Assembly (NCBI GenBank): GCA_030324005.1 | Contig: JARDVH010000031.1 | Coordinates: 51,996,501 to 52,060,500, forward strand | Direction: 5' to 3' | Source of the DNA: Negaprion brevirostris | Taxonomy: Eukaryota | DNA length: 64,000 nt | Shown: one piece after another, positions 1 to 12,419 of the stretch | Numbering within the stretch: the first letter of the stretch is position 1 | How the letters are laid out: each line of letters starts with the position of its first letter | Translations under genes and position numbers: made by a program | The notes under the pieces: generated by a model | Databases searched by the model: none | What the model was told of the DNA's origin: nothing | Seen by the model: only the letters and a program-made list of their open reading frames with translations

Positions 1-634
1 TGAGCCTGGACACAGAACCCCCCCCCCGCCCCTCCAATACCCCTGTCAGAATCTCCCTCAACTACCCTGCTGCTGAACACATTCAACTGCAGCTGGGATG
101 GGAGTTGGGTTGATTAGTTGGGGCTCCAGAGTGTGTGGGGTTCCCTGTGTGGGTCTCAGTATGGAAGCCAGAGGTGGTTTTATTTATTTTAACTCTTTCA
201 GAGTAACTATTGATGTAAAAATAGCAGAACCATCTAAAGCACAGGACGATTGTCCATGGGATGTTAGCGCTTCTGGACAATTGCTGGATAAAGTCTGCCC
301 TGGGAACCTGAGAGAGGAACTCCCCAATAGACCTTTGGAGTAACCCTCAAGTCCAACACAGGGAAGTTACAGGTCAATATGCAACAGTTCTATGTTAACA
401 AAGTGCTAGATTTTGTGCTCCTAACCTGAACCAGTTCTAGCCTCTCTTTAAAAATGTGTTTGATTAATGCAATCTAGAAACATGCAACTCAAATAATTTA
501 ATCCTGACTGAAGACTGACACAACAAAGGCAACAAGTCAGAAATTTCTGAATCCAAAGGACAAGAAAAATAATTATCTAAAATATTCATTACAGGTTGAT
601 ACAAATTACAGGTTGGAAGCAAGAGAACCTCTAC

Positions 635-697
635 CTTGCTCAACTTCTCAATCTGTTTCTCCAATTCCTCCACACTAGTTGACTGTTCTCCATCATC
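635..697 (-). CDS. BAZ2B: BAZ2B exon (63 nt): DDGEQSTSVEELEKQIEKLSK
   Basis: ttttag acceptor, AAG|gtagag donor, phase 0-0; matches BAZ2B SVEELEKQIEKLSK. Confidence 0.95.
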
Positions 698-1949
698 CTA
701 AAAAGAAAACACAGACAGCTATAATTACAAACAGGTACTTGTGACATTTTAGAGACGCCCAAAATTAGGTGCAGTGAAGTTCACCTAAGATTAACTGCAA
801 TCAACTTCAACTCTGATAATCCTACGGGGCAGAGCTTTTCAAAATGCACATATTCGTTAGATCATAGAATTAAATACCATCATTTATTATTGTGTCTTGT
901 CTAACTTCACTGTTATTGACTGAAATCTTGGTGAATGCAAATTTAATCTTTAAAGTAGTATATACTGTAGGCAACATGTTAAAATTAAAAGCACAGACAA
1001 GGACTGACTTTTTTTTTTAGGAAAAGAATTTTTAATCCATGTCTTCTTCCTTGATTGCAAACAACTGTAAAGTGGGCTCCATGTCCAGTCACCTGGCCAC
1101 GCCAAGTTATTACAGTCAAAATGACTGGCAGTGAACACCATTGACTTAAATGCTGTTTCCTGTGATTTTCATCAATTGAAATTTGATTTTGATGCAACAG
1201 ATTAGTAGATTGGCATTTGATATTGACAATACTGATAAATCACACTAATAGCTTAGAGTTCATTTACATAATATTGAACATTTTAAGTACTAGAAAGAGC
1301 CATTTTATGAGTTCTACATTTAAGCAGTATCACTTCTGTTACATACAAAGTACCCCAAGAGAAAGCTTAATGAAGTGAGTCTGTGATGCATCATATGTTA
1401 TGAATATGCCTCAACTTAAATAGTGCAACGTCCAATCATACCGGTTTGCATTTACGAGGATTTATCTTAGAACTGTCCAATCTCTTTTTTGACAAACAGC
1501 AACAAGGAAAACTGATATCAAATCAGGTAGAGATTAGGAGGAATAACTAAAAGTTTGATCAGTAAGCCATATTCACGAATGTGCAAATGCATAAATGAAT
1601 TGATGTGATTTTACTCATGACCGCGTTGCCATGTTGTCCTGGATCATGTGTCCAGTTAAAGTTGTACCAAAATCAAACAAGAGTAGTATTACAGCTATGC
1701 ATACACATAATCAGGCCTGCATGCATCTGCAGAATTCGTTTTTAGTTGACCGGAAAATAGTGCAAAGCCAACAATATAACTTGGACCTGCCAATTCCATA
1801 NNNNNNNNNNNNNNNNNNNNNNNNNNNNNNNNNNNNNNNNNNNNNNNNNNNNNNNNNNNNNNNNNNNNNNNNNNNNNNNNNNNNNNNNNNNNNNNNNNNN
1901 NNNNNNNNNNNNNNNNNNNNNNNNNNNNAATAGGCACTGTTCAAATTAC

Positions 1950-2193
1950 CTCATCTTCAGCAATTTCCAATTTTTTTGATTTCTTCTCTTCATCTTTATC
2001 TTCATCATCATCTTCATCATCTCCCTGATCATCACTGTCATCATCGTCATCATCATCATCATCACTATCCCCACATTTTCTTTTTCTCTTCCGGCCAGGA
2101 GTGGGAGTTCCTAAAAAACGGTGCTCTCCATTGCTATCAGCATTGCCAATAGTCTCTTTCTTACCAGTTCGTTTCGCATGAATGATTTTAAGC
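1950..2193 (-). CDS. BAZ2B: BAZ2B exon (244 nt): (K)LKIIHAKRTGKK...GTPTPGRKRKRKCGDSDDD...EIAEDE
   Basis: ttcccag acceptor, GAG|gtaatt donor, phase 2-0; basic NLS-like run followed by an acidic tract. Confidence 0.95.
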
Positions 2194-2559
2194 CTGGGAA
2201 TAGTTAAAGTATGTCAGCAGTCTTTTAAATCAAAGCACTGTATCATGATCTCTGGCAGTTCACAAGCAGCACGCTCAAAGACATATGGGAAAAGAAAATG
2301 CAAGAATTTCATAGTCTCCCTTCTGATAAATTTCACCCAGTCAATACAATTTTCACAAGTCTCATTATTCAGTTATGTCATTTGATTGAAACAGGGGAAG
2401 GGATAGTAGTAATACTGAATAATTTATGGGGCGGGGGGGGAAGCTTCCCAACTTAACACTTAAAGAAAAGTTTAAGATCCAGGAATATTTCAAATTAAAA
2501 TGTATATAGTGATAAATTCATTTAATTTGTGAAGTCCAAGGAAAAACATAATAACTTAC

Positions 2560-2634
2560 TTCCGAAGTTTGCCTTCCACAATCCATTTGTCTCTTCTCAG
2601 ATTGGACATGTGATCAATGTTTTTATCGATTTCA
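2560..2634 (-). CDS. BAZ2B: BAZ2B exon (75 nt): EIDKNIDHMSNLRRDKWIVEGKLR
   Basis: ttctag acceptor, AA|gtaagt donor, phase 2-2; preceded by an 82-nt intron. Confidence 0.96.
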
Positions 2635-2716
2635 CTAGAAGAAATGCATTGCAAATTAATAGTGGCCCCATTCTAAAAGGCACATTTTGCATGAAATTTC
2701 AAGGAAAAGCACATAC

Positions 2717-2931
2717 TTTACTACGACCTTGCTGCATGCAAGTTCATTAACCAAGAATGCAAGTACAGAAGCTTTCTGAGCTGGAGTGTGCGCCTGGAAA
2801 GGTTTTGTATTTAAACTTTCTGTAAGTTCAGTTTGTCCATTGTGGGCCTCCAGGTAGATTTGCAAAATCTCTGAAACGGTGTCCTTGTTGATCCTGACAT
2901 TGGTCACATGGTCTCCAAGAAAAGTCCGTGC
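2717..2931 (-). CDS. BAZ2B: BAZ2B exon (215 nt), post-DDT/WHIM1 region: ARTFLGDHVTNVRINKDTVSEILQIYLEAH...AFLVNELACSKVVV
   Basis: ttccacag acceptor, AA|gtatgt donor, phase 0-2; overlaps ORF 2656..2907. Confidence 0.96.
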
Positions 2932-3081
2932 CTGTGGAACAAGTTTTAAAAATTAATTATGTGGTAACATCTCTGCCTTGAAATGCAGAATTCCTTATAT
3001 TTTGCAGAAGTATCCAAAGTCAACATCTAGAGCGATAAAGTAGTGTCTTTATTACTTTTTGTAAAAAAAAAGGAGAAACAC

Positions 3082-3582
3082 ATTTTTGGATATATAAGCA
3101 CTCTATATTTGCTTGGATTGACCCTCAGTTGTGATTTCTCTCCGTGGAGTGCACCCTTTTCTGCCCACTGTCTAGATTAAATGATGATGAGATCAGGGAT
3201 TGCAACAGAGAGTCCCTGCAATGTAATCCAATTTCCTGAATGTATAATATGCCAGTGTGTGATTGTCCTCCTTTTAAAAGACTTTCGTGCTAGATCAACT
3301 ATGTTATATTGTTCAATTCTGCATTAAATATAACAATGCATTGATCCAAAATCTAGCCTTGATCTAACAAGAAAATGTTTTGAAAAGAGCAAAATCACAC
3401 AGTTACATATTATACATTCTAGAAATTGGATTACATCGTAGGGATTCTCTGTTGCAACCCGTAGTCCCATCATCATTAGTCTAGACAGTGGGCAGAAAAG
3501 GGTGCACTCTAGTGACATCTGCTGACAGAAATGACAACCAAGGCTCAATTCAAGCAAACATAGAATGCTCATACCCAAAAAT
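3082..3582. repeat. Long imperfect palindrome (fold-back/MITE-like element)
   Basis: The left arm, e.g. gagtgcacccttttctgcccactgtctaga (~3148-3177), is the reverse complement of the right arm tctagacagtgggcagaaaagggtgcactc (~3480-3509). Pairing continues outward to ~3082/3582 and inward to ~3298/3358. Confidence 0.85.
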
Positions 3583-4892
3583 ACAACAGACATTCTTCCA
3601 AGGCATATTTTGAGATTAGTGATATTGCTTGCATTATGCTCTTCTTTCACTATATAAAGGCACAATTTAAGGATCACGTGCTAGTTCTTCTTTCAGAATA
3701 ATTCACCATGACATTAAAAAAGGATTTTTTATTTTTGTAAATTAGAAAGTTTCTATTTCAAAACCCAGGATAGGATGAGCTGTGATGCTGGTATGCATCT
3801 CAAGTCAAATTAGTAATGTAAGAAACTACCCAATTAAAATTCTCTGTCAAATTGAATACCCATAATGCCTTCAATATGTTTTGAAAATGGACAGAAAAAA
3901 ATGGGTTGTAATTTTTCCAACTGGCATCCTACAGGTTCATGAAAATAAACATTGAAAGGTAGTGCAGAGATTAGCATAGCACTCAAACTGCATTTTCTAT
4001 TGGCAACAAGATGAAAAAAACCTTTAGAAAAGTTGAAGATGGAGGTTGGAAGTAACAAAAATAGTTGGCTTCCTAGTCAATTGATTAGGATACAATTTGA
4101 CAATACTTAACAACGGTTTTAAATGGAGACTTAAAGTAAGCTGAATGTACTTATACAGCTGCATCATTAATGTGCCACAACTTATTGCTATTATTCCAAC
4201 ATTATTTCAAAAGACTTGCTTAAGTCTAAGGAAAAAGTAAACTCAAACATTGCAGTAAGTTTTCCAGTTCTGCTAGGCAGGACAGAAAATTAGACAGACC
4301 ATTTGAAGGTCCATTGACTTCTGGTGGGAATTTCCAGTCTCTGGGTGAGCACAACTGGGAAATCCCACTCATTATTTCACATTATAACAATATCTATTAT
4401 AATCCTCAAACAGATTTAACTCAATTATCTATAATTGTACACTCAGACTGAGCCACGTTCTGCAGCTTCTATTTGAGTTTAGAATTTCTCATACAGACAC
4501 ACATTTGTGTGTTCTTAGAAAACAATGACAGCAACTATTTAAAGTAAATTTTATCTATCTGCTCAGAGCTAATTAATCATTAATTTCAGCATTTAAAAGT
4601 GCAAAATAATTTTTAGACTTTGTTTTTAAAATTATCTTGTGGGCATCTTTGTGTGTGAACTGATTGCTTAGATGATGATGATGCAAGTTGAATTGATAAT
4701 GACAGATAAATTATCCTCCAGCTTAATCAGTAAGCAAGTGCACTGACAATAAAACAATGGTGAAACAAAATACATAATATAAAGAAACTTTTGATGAATG
4801 TCATTAAACAAAATCAGCGACACAAGCAATAATCTGGTTTGCTTTGTTTTTTTTCAACATTTTAGTCAATAAAACTAAAGTGGATGTCATAC

Positions 4893-5147
4893 CTTATGGC
4901 CTGATGGTAGTCCTGGATCATGAACAGCAGCAGCCAATAGTCTCACCAACAAATCCTGAACTTCTCCCATGCTGTCACCCACATTAAGCAGTCCTTCTTG
5001 GAGTACACTTAAAGTTGGGACATCAATGCTCAAATCAAAGCCTAAAACCTTACCAAAGTTGTGGAGAAACTGTACGACCATAAGGCAATCAGCAAAGGCA
5101 CCCCCAGGCAGTACAAGGCCAGGAATGGGGTAGAACTCTGGTAGAGC
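4893..5147 (-). CDS. BAZ2B: BAZ2B exon (255 nt), DDT domain: ALPEFYPIPGLVLPGGAFADCLMVVQFLHNFGKVLGFD...DPGLPSGHK
   Basis: ttgctag acceptor, AAG|gtatga donor, phase 0-0; DDT signature. Confidence 0.97.
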
Positions 5148-7724
5148 CTAGCAACAGATTTTAAAAAAATTAGTGCACAGAAATATTTCACTGAAGAACA
5201 ACCAGCCGTTCTTTATAATTTATTAGACCATAACGATGCCATTCTCCAAGAAATGATAGCAGATTTTGCAAAGTCCTCTTTTTTAAAAAAAACGAAGGTT
5301 TTATCTCAACATGAGTACTTAATTAATGATAAAATTGGGAAAAAATGGAAATAACTCAATGGGTTACTGAAAGTCAAGTTGAAGTGCATCTCCAGTTAAC
5401 TAAACACAGATGTCAAAACTAACATTTCACATTATTATAAAAGTGCAAAATGCACTTCTGACCATCAAAACCCGAGCTGATGAAGAATCCCAATAAACTT
5501 GGACATTTCCTTTCCCTTGATCATCAATTCTATAGTACTCTCCTTAACTCCCTGGAGAGTTCATCTCCTCAAACAAAAGTTTTAATCAGATGGCCTAACT
5601 AGAATTTCTCTCTCATATGATCATTTGCAATTAATGCCTCCATTGAACCATACCAGCAATTAGTTTCGCTTTTCTGACTCTCCAAACAGAAAAATGAAGT
5701 TTCCTTCCCTGCTCATTCAAATGGAACATAACCATAATGATTTAAATAACCAGCATATTGAGTGAAAAATAAGGAATAAAAAGTAAAAGCATAAAGTCAT
5801 AAAATTTGTGATCTCCAAGTGCATATTTTGAAACGTTTCCAAGGAACAATGTGAAAAAATAAGAGAGCAAAATAAACAAGTATTCACAGGTTTTTCTCTC
5901 AGGGAAGAAGCTCAATAAGGATGAGAATCTGCATCACAGATTCATAGTGCTTTGACCAGTTGTTCAAAGATATCTGAAAATACACTTAACTTGTGAAGAA
6001 AATTAAGACTGGCAAGTCTAATTTGATGAAACAATTATCGATCTAAATATGACTTGCGTGCCTGGAAATCAATAAGATGGCAAGATTTAACAACATAGTG
6101 AACCAGCAACTTTGCTATTTGGCCTATGCAAACCATTAAACACACTTAACTAGATCACACTACATTTATGATTTCTTCCATTTGCTTTGCCATCATTTCA
6201 CTAATATTCATGGGATTCCATTTAATCCTAAATTTATTTCCATCTCAAGTCAGCCCAACCTAACTTATTACTTCTACTGAAATTCAAGTTTCAACTCTAA
6301 TGATTTTTCCCTCTTGCATTTCCAACTCAATTTTCAAACTAACTGTGATACTCAGGAATGTTCCTGGTGATATTGTCACTATCTGCCTCAGCTCACTTGA
6401 ATCACCTGACTTTATCTTCCGTATATTTCACTAGATGCATGTTGTCCGTGTGTGTGTGCGCAAATTAATGTCTCCTCGCCACAGTGAGTTTGATGGTGGG
6501 GCAGCATAATCAGATAGGACAGTGGCAGGTGTATCACCAGCAGCAGCCACCACCTCCATGGTGTCAATGCCAAACAATGAAAAGCTGTTGATCTCTGATC
6601 CTGCAGGAGTCTTACCAGATCGACATTTAATGCAACAGGCAAGAGCTTTGTCACCGACATTAAATTCCATCCTACCCTTCCCCTCATTTGGATTACTCAA
6701 CCTTTTATTTAAAACAAGAAAGCTAAATTTAACTTCTTTCGCTTTGCTGAAAACTAACATTTTTATCAACTTTAAAAAATCAATGTTTTTCACTTAACTC
6801 CACACCTCTGCACCAGATTAGCAGCAATGTAGATTCCCTTGGCTAGTCTAAATTATTTGATCAAATTGTCAGTCTTTTTGTATCCTTAAATTAGCCTTAT
6901 AATTCTGCAAATCTTTGTTTTTCCTGACTCCAATAAATTGTTAGACTAAATCTGTTTCCTCATCATTGCACTCTTCCAACCATTATTTTATCTGTGTCAC
7001 TAGCAGAATGTGCTAGATATCACATGCTCATATGTTCTGTACATTTGACAGGGCAATGAAAATCTAGTTTTTTTTCCTCCCTACACTTCATGTTTCTTAA
7101 TTTTTCTCCTTGATGGCTGCACGTTTAATTTTTTAATCTACTGACAATTGCATAGCTCACCACCACCTTTTCAAGGGCAATTAGGAAAGGTCATTAAATG
7201 TTGGCATTGTCAGCAATGCTTACATCCCATGACTGAACTAGAAACCTTCCCCACCATTCAAAGGCTGAAGTAGTTGAAGATACTGTCATGAAGCTTGTTA
7301 TCTCATCCCAAATATATATTTTGTCTCAACATCTTTTAACTTTCCATGAAGGCAAAATGCATCCAAGAACTAAATAACACCAATAGCTGGCAAGTTACTT
7401 CCAAACAATTTTCTTGCACACTTGGGACAAGATAAACTTATCAACATATGTATAATGCTCATCTCATTTCTAACCTCTTCGACTACTTCTTGTATCTCCA
7501 TTTTTATCAATAGTACTTTGATTAGCACCCCTCTGAACTTTCATCACTTATTTTTCGTAAGCTGTGAATAATCAGCTCCATACATTTTCCTCCTCTTTCT
7601 CCCTCTCAGATGGGTTAACAGTCTTCCATTGTAAGTTAGTTAATTTCCAAAAATCTCAAAACTCTTCTGCTTTCCCTTGTACCTACAATATTTTAGTTTC
7701 TAAATCCAAGATCACCATTCATAC

Positions 7725-7862
7725 TCTGGCCTACATGTGACTCCAGACTCACAGCAATGTGTTTGATTCTCAAATGCCCTCTAAAATGAAAGACAGTTAG
7801 GGATGAGCAATAAACGCTGGACCAGCCAGCTATGCCTACATCCTGTGAGCAAATAAAAAAAA
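7725..7862 (+). mobile_element. SINE/LINE 3' tail fragment
   Basis: tctggcctacatgtgactccagac...agggatgagcaataaa...aaataaaaaaa; the same tail family occurs at ~7160-7240, ~20090-20165 and ~37385-37440. Confidence 0.6.
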
Positions 7863-8070
7863 TCTTGATTTATATAATTTTCTTTTATTTCTTCAAACTG
7901 GTTGTATCTCAGAGCATCTTGTTTCATGGGCTGGTATTATCTGGTCAAAATAGTCAATTGAATTGACACATGCACTGCAGAAGACTTGAGAGAAAGGGAA
8001 TTGACTTCTTGATAATTAATACCTTTTTTAAAATTTGAAACAAATTGGTTAATGCTTGTAATAATCTTAC

Positions 8071-8211
8071 CTTATGATCTGACAAACACATATCTTCATT
8101 GGGTTTCTTTAGCTCCTTTGCCATTTGCAGTTCCAATTTCTTCTGCTCTAATTTTCGTTCTTTATTTAAACGTTTTTCAACTTTCTTCTCCTGCTTTAGC
8201 CGTTCCTTTTC
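8071..8211 (-). CDS. BAZ2B: BAZ2B exon (141 nt): EKERLKQEKKVEKRLNKERKLEQKKLELQMAKELKKPNEDMCLSDHK
   Basis: ttcaaag acceptor, AAG|gtaaga donor, phase 0-0. Confidence 0.96.
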
Positions 8212-8589
8212 CTTTGAATAAAACAGGTTATAATTTTTTTCTTCTTGATATGTATTTCATTCAGAAATTCATGCAGTTACAATCATTCAAATTTAGAACA
8301 TTAGCACTGCTATACTCTATAATTATAAATTAACTTTAAAAGTAATATATACAGGCAGATCTCCATGGCATTGCAAATGGATTTGGTGCATTTTGTGCTA
8401 ACTCGCAGCAAGACATATGCCTCTATCATCCTTGTGCTACTGGTTAGAAGAGTGCAATGATAAGGAAACAGATTTAGTCTAAGAATTTATTGGCGTGAGA
8501 AAAACAGATTTGCAGAATTATAAGGGTAATTAAGGAAACAAAAAGGCTGATTGACAATTTGTCAAATAGTTTTGGTCAGGTCAAGCAAT

Positions 8590-8993
8590 GTCTTGATTTT
8601 GAAATGCTCATCCTTATTTTCAAATTACTTCATGGCCTTGTGTCTCCCTGTCTCTGCAATCCCTTCCAGCCTCATAACTAGATATCTGCACACCTCAAAT
8701 TCTGGTCTCCTGTATATCCTGAATTTTAAATGCTCCACCACTGGTGTCAGCGCCTTGAGTTGCCTCAGCTGCAGGCCTTGGAATCACACTGCCACCATCA
8801 CACCCAACTCCACCTGGTTTTCCACCTTTCAGGCAAACCTTAAAACCTTCATCTCGACCAGGTTTTTTAGTCATCTAATCCACTATTTCCCTATGTGGCT
8901 TGTTGTCATACTTTGCTTCATAATGCTCGTCGGTGCGCCGTAGATCATGTCACTATGTTAAAAGCACTATTAAATTATAACTTGCTGCTGTTG
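8590..8993 (+). mobile_element. Decayed L2-type LINE 3' end
   Basis: Similar to the L2-like tail at 20180-20680 (ctcatcct..ttttcaa, ..aacttgct tail). Confidence 0.55.
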
Positions 8994-9869
8994 ATATTTA
9001 TCTGCCAATCTAGCCTATGGGATGGATTTTATTCCCTCTCCATGGCACGTGTTGCAGTAGTGGGATCTTTATGGTCTCGCCATTATAAACGGGGTTTCCT
9101 TCCGATACTGGATACCTGCATCCCGTTCCATTCCTGCACGCTGCACTTATTTGCGCGTTAACAGCCCGCCCCACCTCCAGATCATTATTCGGGGGCCTAN
9201 NNNNNNNNNNNNNNNNNNNNNNNNNNNNNNNNNNNNNNNNNNNNNNNNNNNNNNNNNNNNNNNNNNNNNNNNNNNNNNNNNNNNNNNNNNNNNNNNNNNT
9301 CTTATTGAATGGCGGGGCAGGCTCGAAGGGCTAGATGGCCTACTCCTGCTCCTATTTCTTATGTTCTTATTATCAGGCGTGCGCTATCAGTGGACCATAA
9401 GATCCTGTTGGAGTGAATGGCAACAGGATTTTGCCGTTTGTCTTCAAAGCTAGTGCTTTAAACAGTCAAATGAACGTAAACTTATTTGCTTAAGACTATT
9501 CACAGGTCAGTTCATTATTCATTCAATGCATAGGAATCACTGGCAAAAGGGACCTAATTGTGGACAGATACACATCAGGTTTCATGTTCACCAGTACTGA
9601 GAAATTAATACAATCAACAGTCAAACTTGATATTTGTTAATCTCATCTGTTGCACAAGTGCAACTATCAGCTGCATGGCTTGCACAGATGTGCTGTGCCT
9701 TAATTTTATTGGCCTATTTCTTGTTACTTTATTCACTATTTTCACCTTTGTGTATATGTGGTTCAACCTTACTCTTGAACTATGTGGTCAATATTTATCT
9801 GAAACGTTTTAAAGTTCAAATACATATAACTAAGATAGGTAGGATGTACGTGACAGATTAAAGCATGAT

Positions 9870-10450
9870 ATTGATGTCCCTAGATGGGAGTGTTCTTGGG
9901 ATCCTGAAAATGGTGGGAATATAGAGTCCAGGAAAACAGATAGGAGGAAAAGCTCTGAGGCATTTGGGTTACTTGAGTTTATAAATAGAGGCAAAGGATA
10001 TCAAAGCAAATAGATGATGCTAGAATGTTATAAATCACTGGTTAGCCTTAGCTGAAGTATTATAGACAATTCTAAGCTTTACATATCAGGGAAGATAAAT
10101 AGATGCCCTCGAGAGGATAGCAAGGAAGTTCACCAGTATGCTGCCATGGATGAGGAAAGGACTATTCTTCTGCAGCAGAGAAGGTTAAGAGGTGACCTAA
10201 CTAGAAATCACAGATTCTAAATCACTGCAAGTAATATAGAAGAAAATTGATGAGAAATCCCTTTGTTTAAAAAGATGTTGTAGCCTGGAAAGGTCTAGCA
10301 GAAAAGGCAGTGGAAGCTGATTCCATAAGAGTTGAACAAATATTTCAGGATGCAAGACTTACAGGATTATGTTGGACAAAATAAAACTGTTCTTTCAAAT
10401 GCCCACTTCATGCATGATGGGCTGAATGGTTTCCACCATCTAAGCTGTGA
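9870..10450 (+). mobile_element. Highly decayed CR1-type LINE 3' fragment
   Basis: Remnants of CR1 RT C-terminal motifs (tataaatcactggttag, cagagaaggttaagaggtgacctaa) and the tail gatgggctgaatgg. Confidence 0.65.
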
Positions 10451-10534
10451 ATTTCTATAATTCTGTAGATTACATAGAACATGCAGAAAGAAGCATGCCC
10501 ACATGCCCAACCAGTCTGTGTTCTCTTTACTTAC

Positions 10535-10600
10535 TTCAGCCTTTTTTCGGGCTTCCATTGCTTTCATAAGCATCATATGTTGTCTTCTCCTCTCTTTTTC
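10535..10600 (-). CDS. BAZ2B: BAZ2B exon (66 nt): EKERRRQHMMLMKAMEARKKAE
   Basis: tgtcag acceptor, GAA|gtaagt donor, phase 0-0. Confidence 0.96.
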
Positions 10601-12386
10601 CTGACAGTGCACAAGACAAATTTTAGGTTTATGTGGTTAAACTACACATTAATAACAACATTTAAGTTGTAAAAATTTAGTTTTACTATATTTAGCAAAG
10701 TTAGACAATAGTGAACAATTTACAATAAAAACGGACAATGGCCAAGTTTGTGTACATTTTAGTTGAGGATTAGGAAGTAACATGGACAATCAAAAGCAAA
10801 ACAGAAAAAGCAACAGATGTAAAGACAGTGTAAAACGAAAGCGTATGCTTTAAGTTATGTACGTAGTTCTTGGAAAAGCAGAGCAAATCAGTGCGATGCT
10901 TCTCCATAGCTGTCAGGTATAAAGCGCAATGGTCGGCTTCAACAGGCTAATTACCTTACATCTGCTTCAGACGCAAAACATTTAGTAAAAGGCCAATTAG
11001 TATAAATAGCTGTTGTAATTAGCCAATTTTGTAACATTTATTACCTGCATATCTAAGTTTTAAATGCAAGATTAGAATTAGCATTCCAAAACATCAACTA
11101 GAGGAAAAATATTGAGCTATCCCACATCAATTTTATTCAGGAAGAATTTATGATTTTAGCATGTTATGCTCAAATTCCAGCAAACAAAATTATTTATTTT
11201 ACTAATCTCAAACCAGAATGAGAAATCTCAAATCTAGGAGACAAACTTTATCATGGAGTGGAGCTGCAGGGTCACCGGAAGCTTATTCTAGGTCACTCTT
11301 GCTTTTTCTCTCACTTCCTCTCTCTTTAATCTTAATTCTTCACTTAATAGCAATTTAACAATCTTTACAATACATAAAGAATGGTAGAATCTCAATGTAT
11401 TTCTGCATGTCCACACTTATAATGGAAACCTCAGGTCACAGATGTTCATCTTCCAGTTTCTGCACTGCAGACAAACTCCTGAGCCTCAATCAACTCCAGT
11501 TCTAAGCTAGTCAAATTGTTTGCTATTTAACTATAAATAACACAATATTTTATAAACGCATACTTCAAATACATTAGCATGTTCAGCTCTAATTATCCCA
11601 AGCTCTTAAACCCCACTTTATCTAAACATCTTGGTCTTTGCTCATGCACAACGGCACAGCAATGAACTAGCAAACCAATTGAACCTGCATCAGTGAATAA
11701 AAAATATGCAATTCTCTTGAAATGTTACAGTGCAAGTTATCGGCACAGAAACAGGTGTTTCATAGTATTTTTGTTTTAGATTTGCTGGTTAAAGGAAGCT
11801 AAGTTCATCATAAAGTACAAGCTGAATAAATTCATGATTGTAATATCATGACATCCACTTAATTGATACTATGAATAGAAATAATGGATTGTGCAATTTT
11901 CATCATTCACAATGACATATGGATGCCTTTGTCAATTTAGTAACAGCTAGATAGAACTCAAAGCAACTGTGATTAATTATGTGAAATTTGGTTTGCTGGA
12001 ATGGCATTGTACTGAGATGTAAAGAATAAACTTTAATAGAATGTGGGGCAAGGAAATGAATTGTGCTACAAATCAAACATTTAACGATATTCTAATCATC
12101 TCAGAAGAAATTGATCCAATTTTAGGGCTTATATATTTATCCTTTTGTTGTCTCCTGCAAAGAGGTGAAGCTATCTTTTAAGGAGACTGTTGAACATGGA
12201 AGCTACAGCAGTTGATTTTAAAAGTTTTTTTCTTTAAGTTATAGCAGATGTATGCAATGCACTGTGCTGTAAAAGCCATGCAGAAGTATGTAGTATGACA
12301 GCAGCCAGTGCTACACTTTATGCATTACTATGACAACCATATCACAACCAAATCACGATGCGGTGTTAGATGTACAAAAAACATAC

Positions 12387-12419
12387 CCATACCATATCTA
12401 GTCTATGCCTCTCCAACTC
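12387..12419 (-). CDS. BAZ2B: BAZ2B alternative microexon: ELERHRLDM (27 nt, 12393-12419) or ELERHRLDMVW (33 nt, 12387-12419)
   Basis: ctctttctaccag acceptor; tandem donors ATG|gtatgg and TGG|gtatgt; both forms preserve frame; the peptide resembles an insert I recall from vertebrate BAZ2B isoforms. Confidence 0.85.

Noticed and set aside
98-343. 81-aa plus-strand ORF in a GC-richer patch
   Set aside because: No recognisable domain or splice context; probably an intronic repeat remnant.
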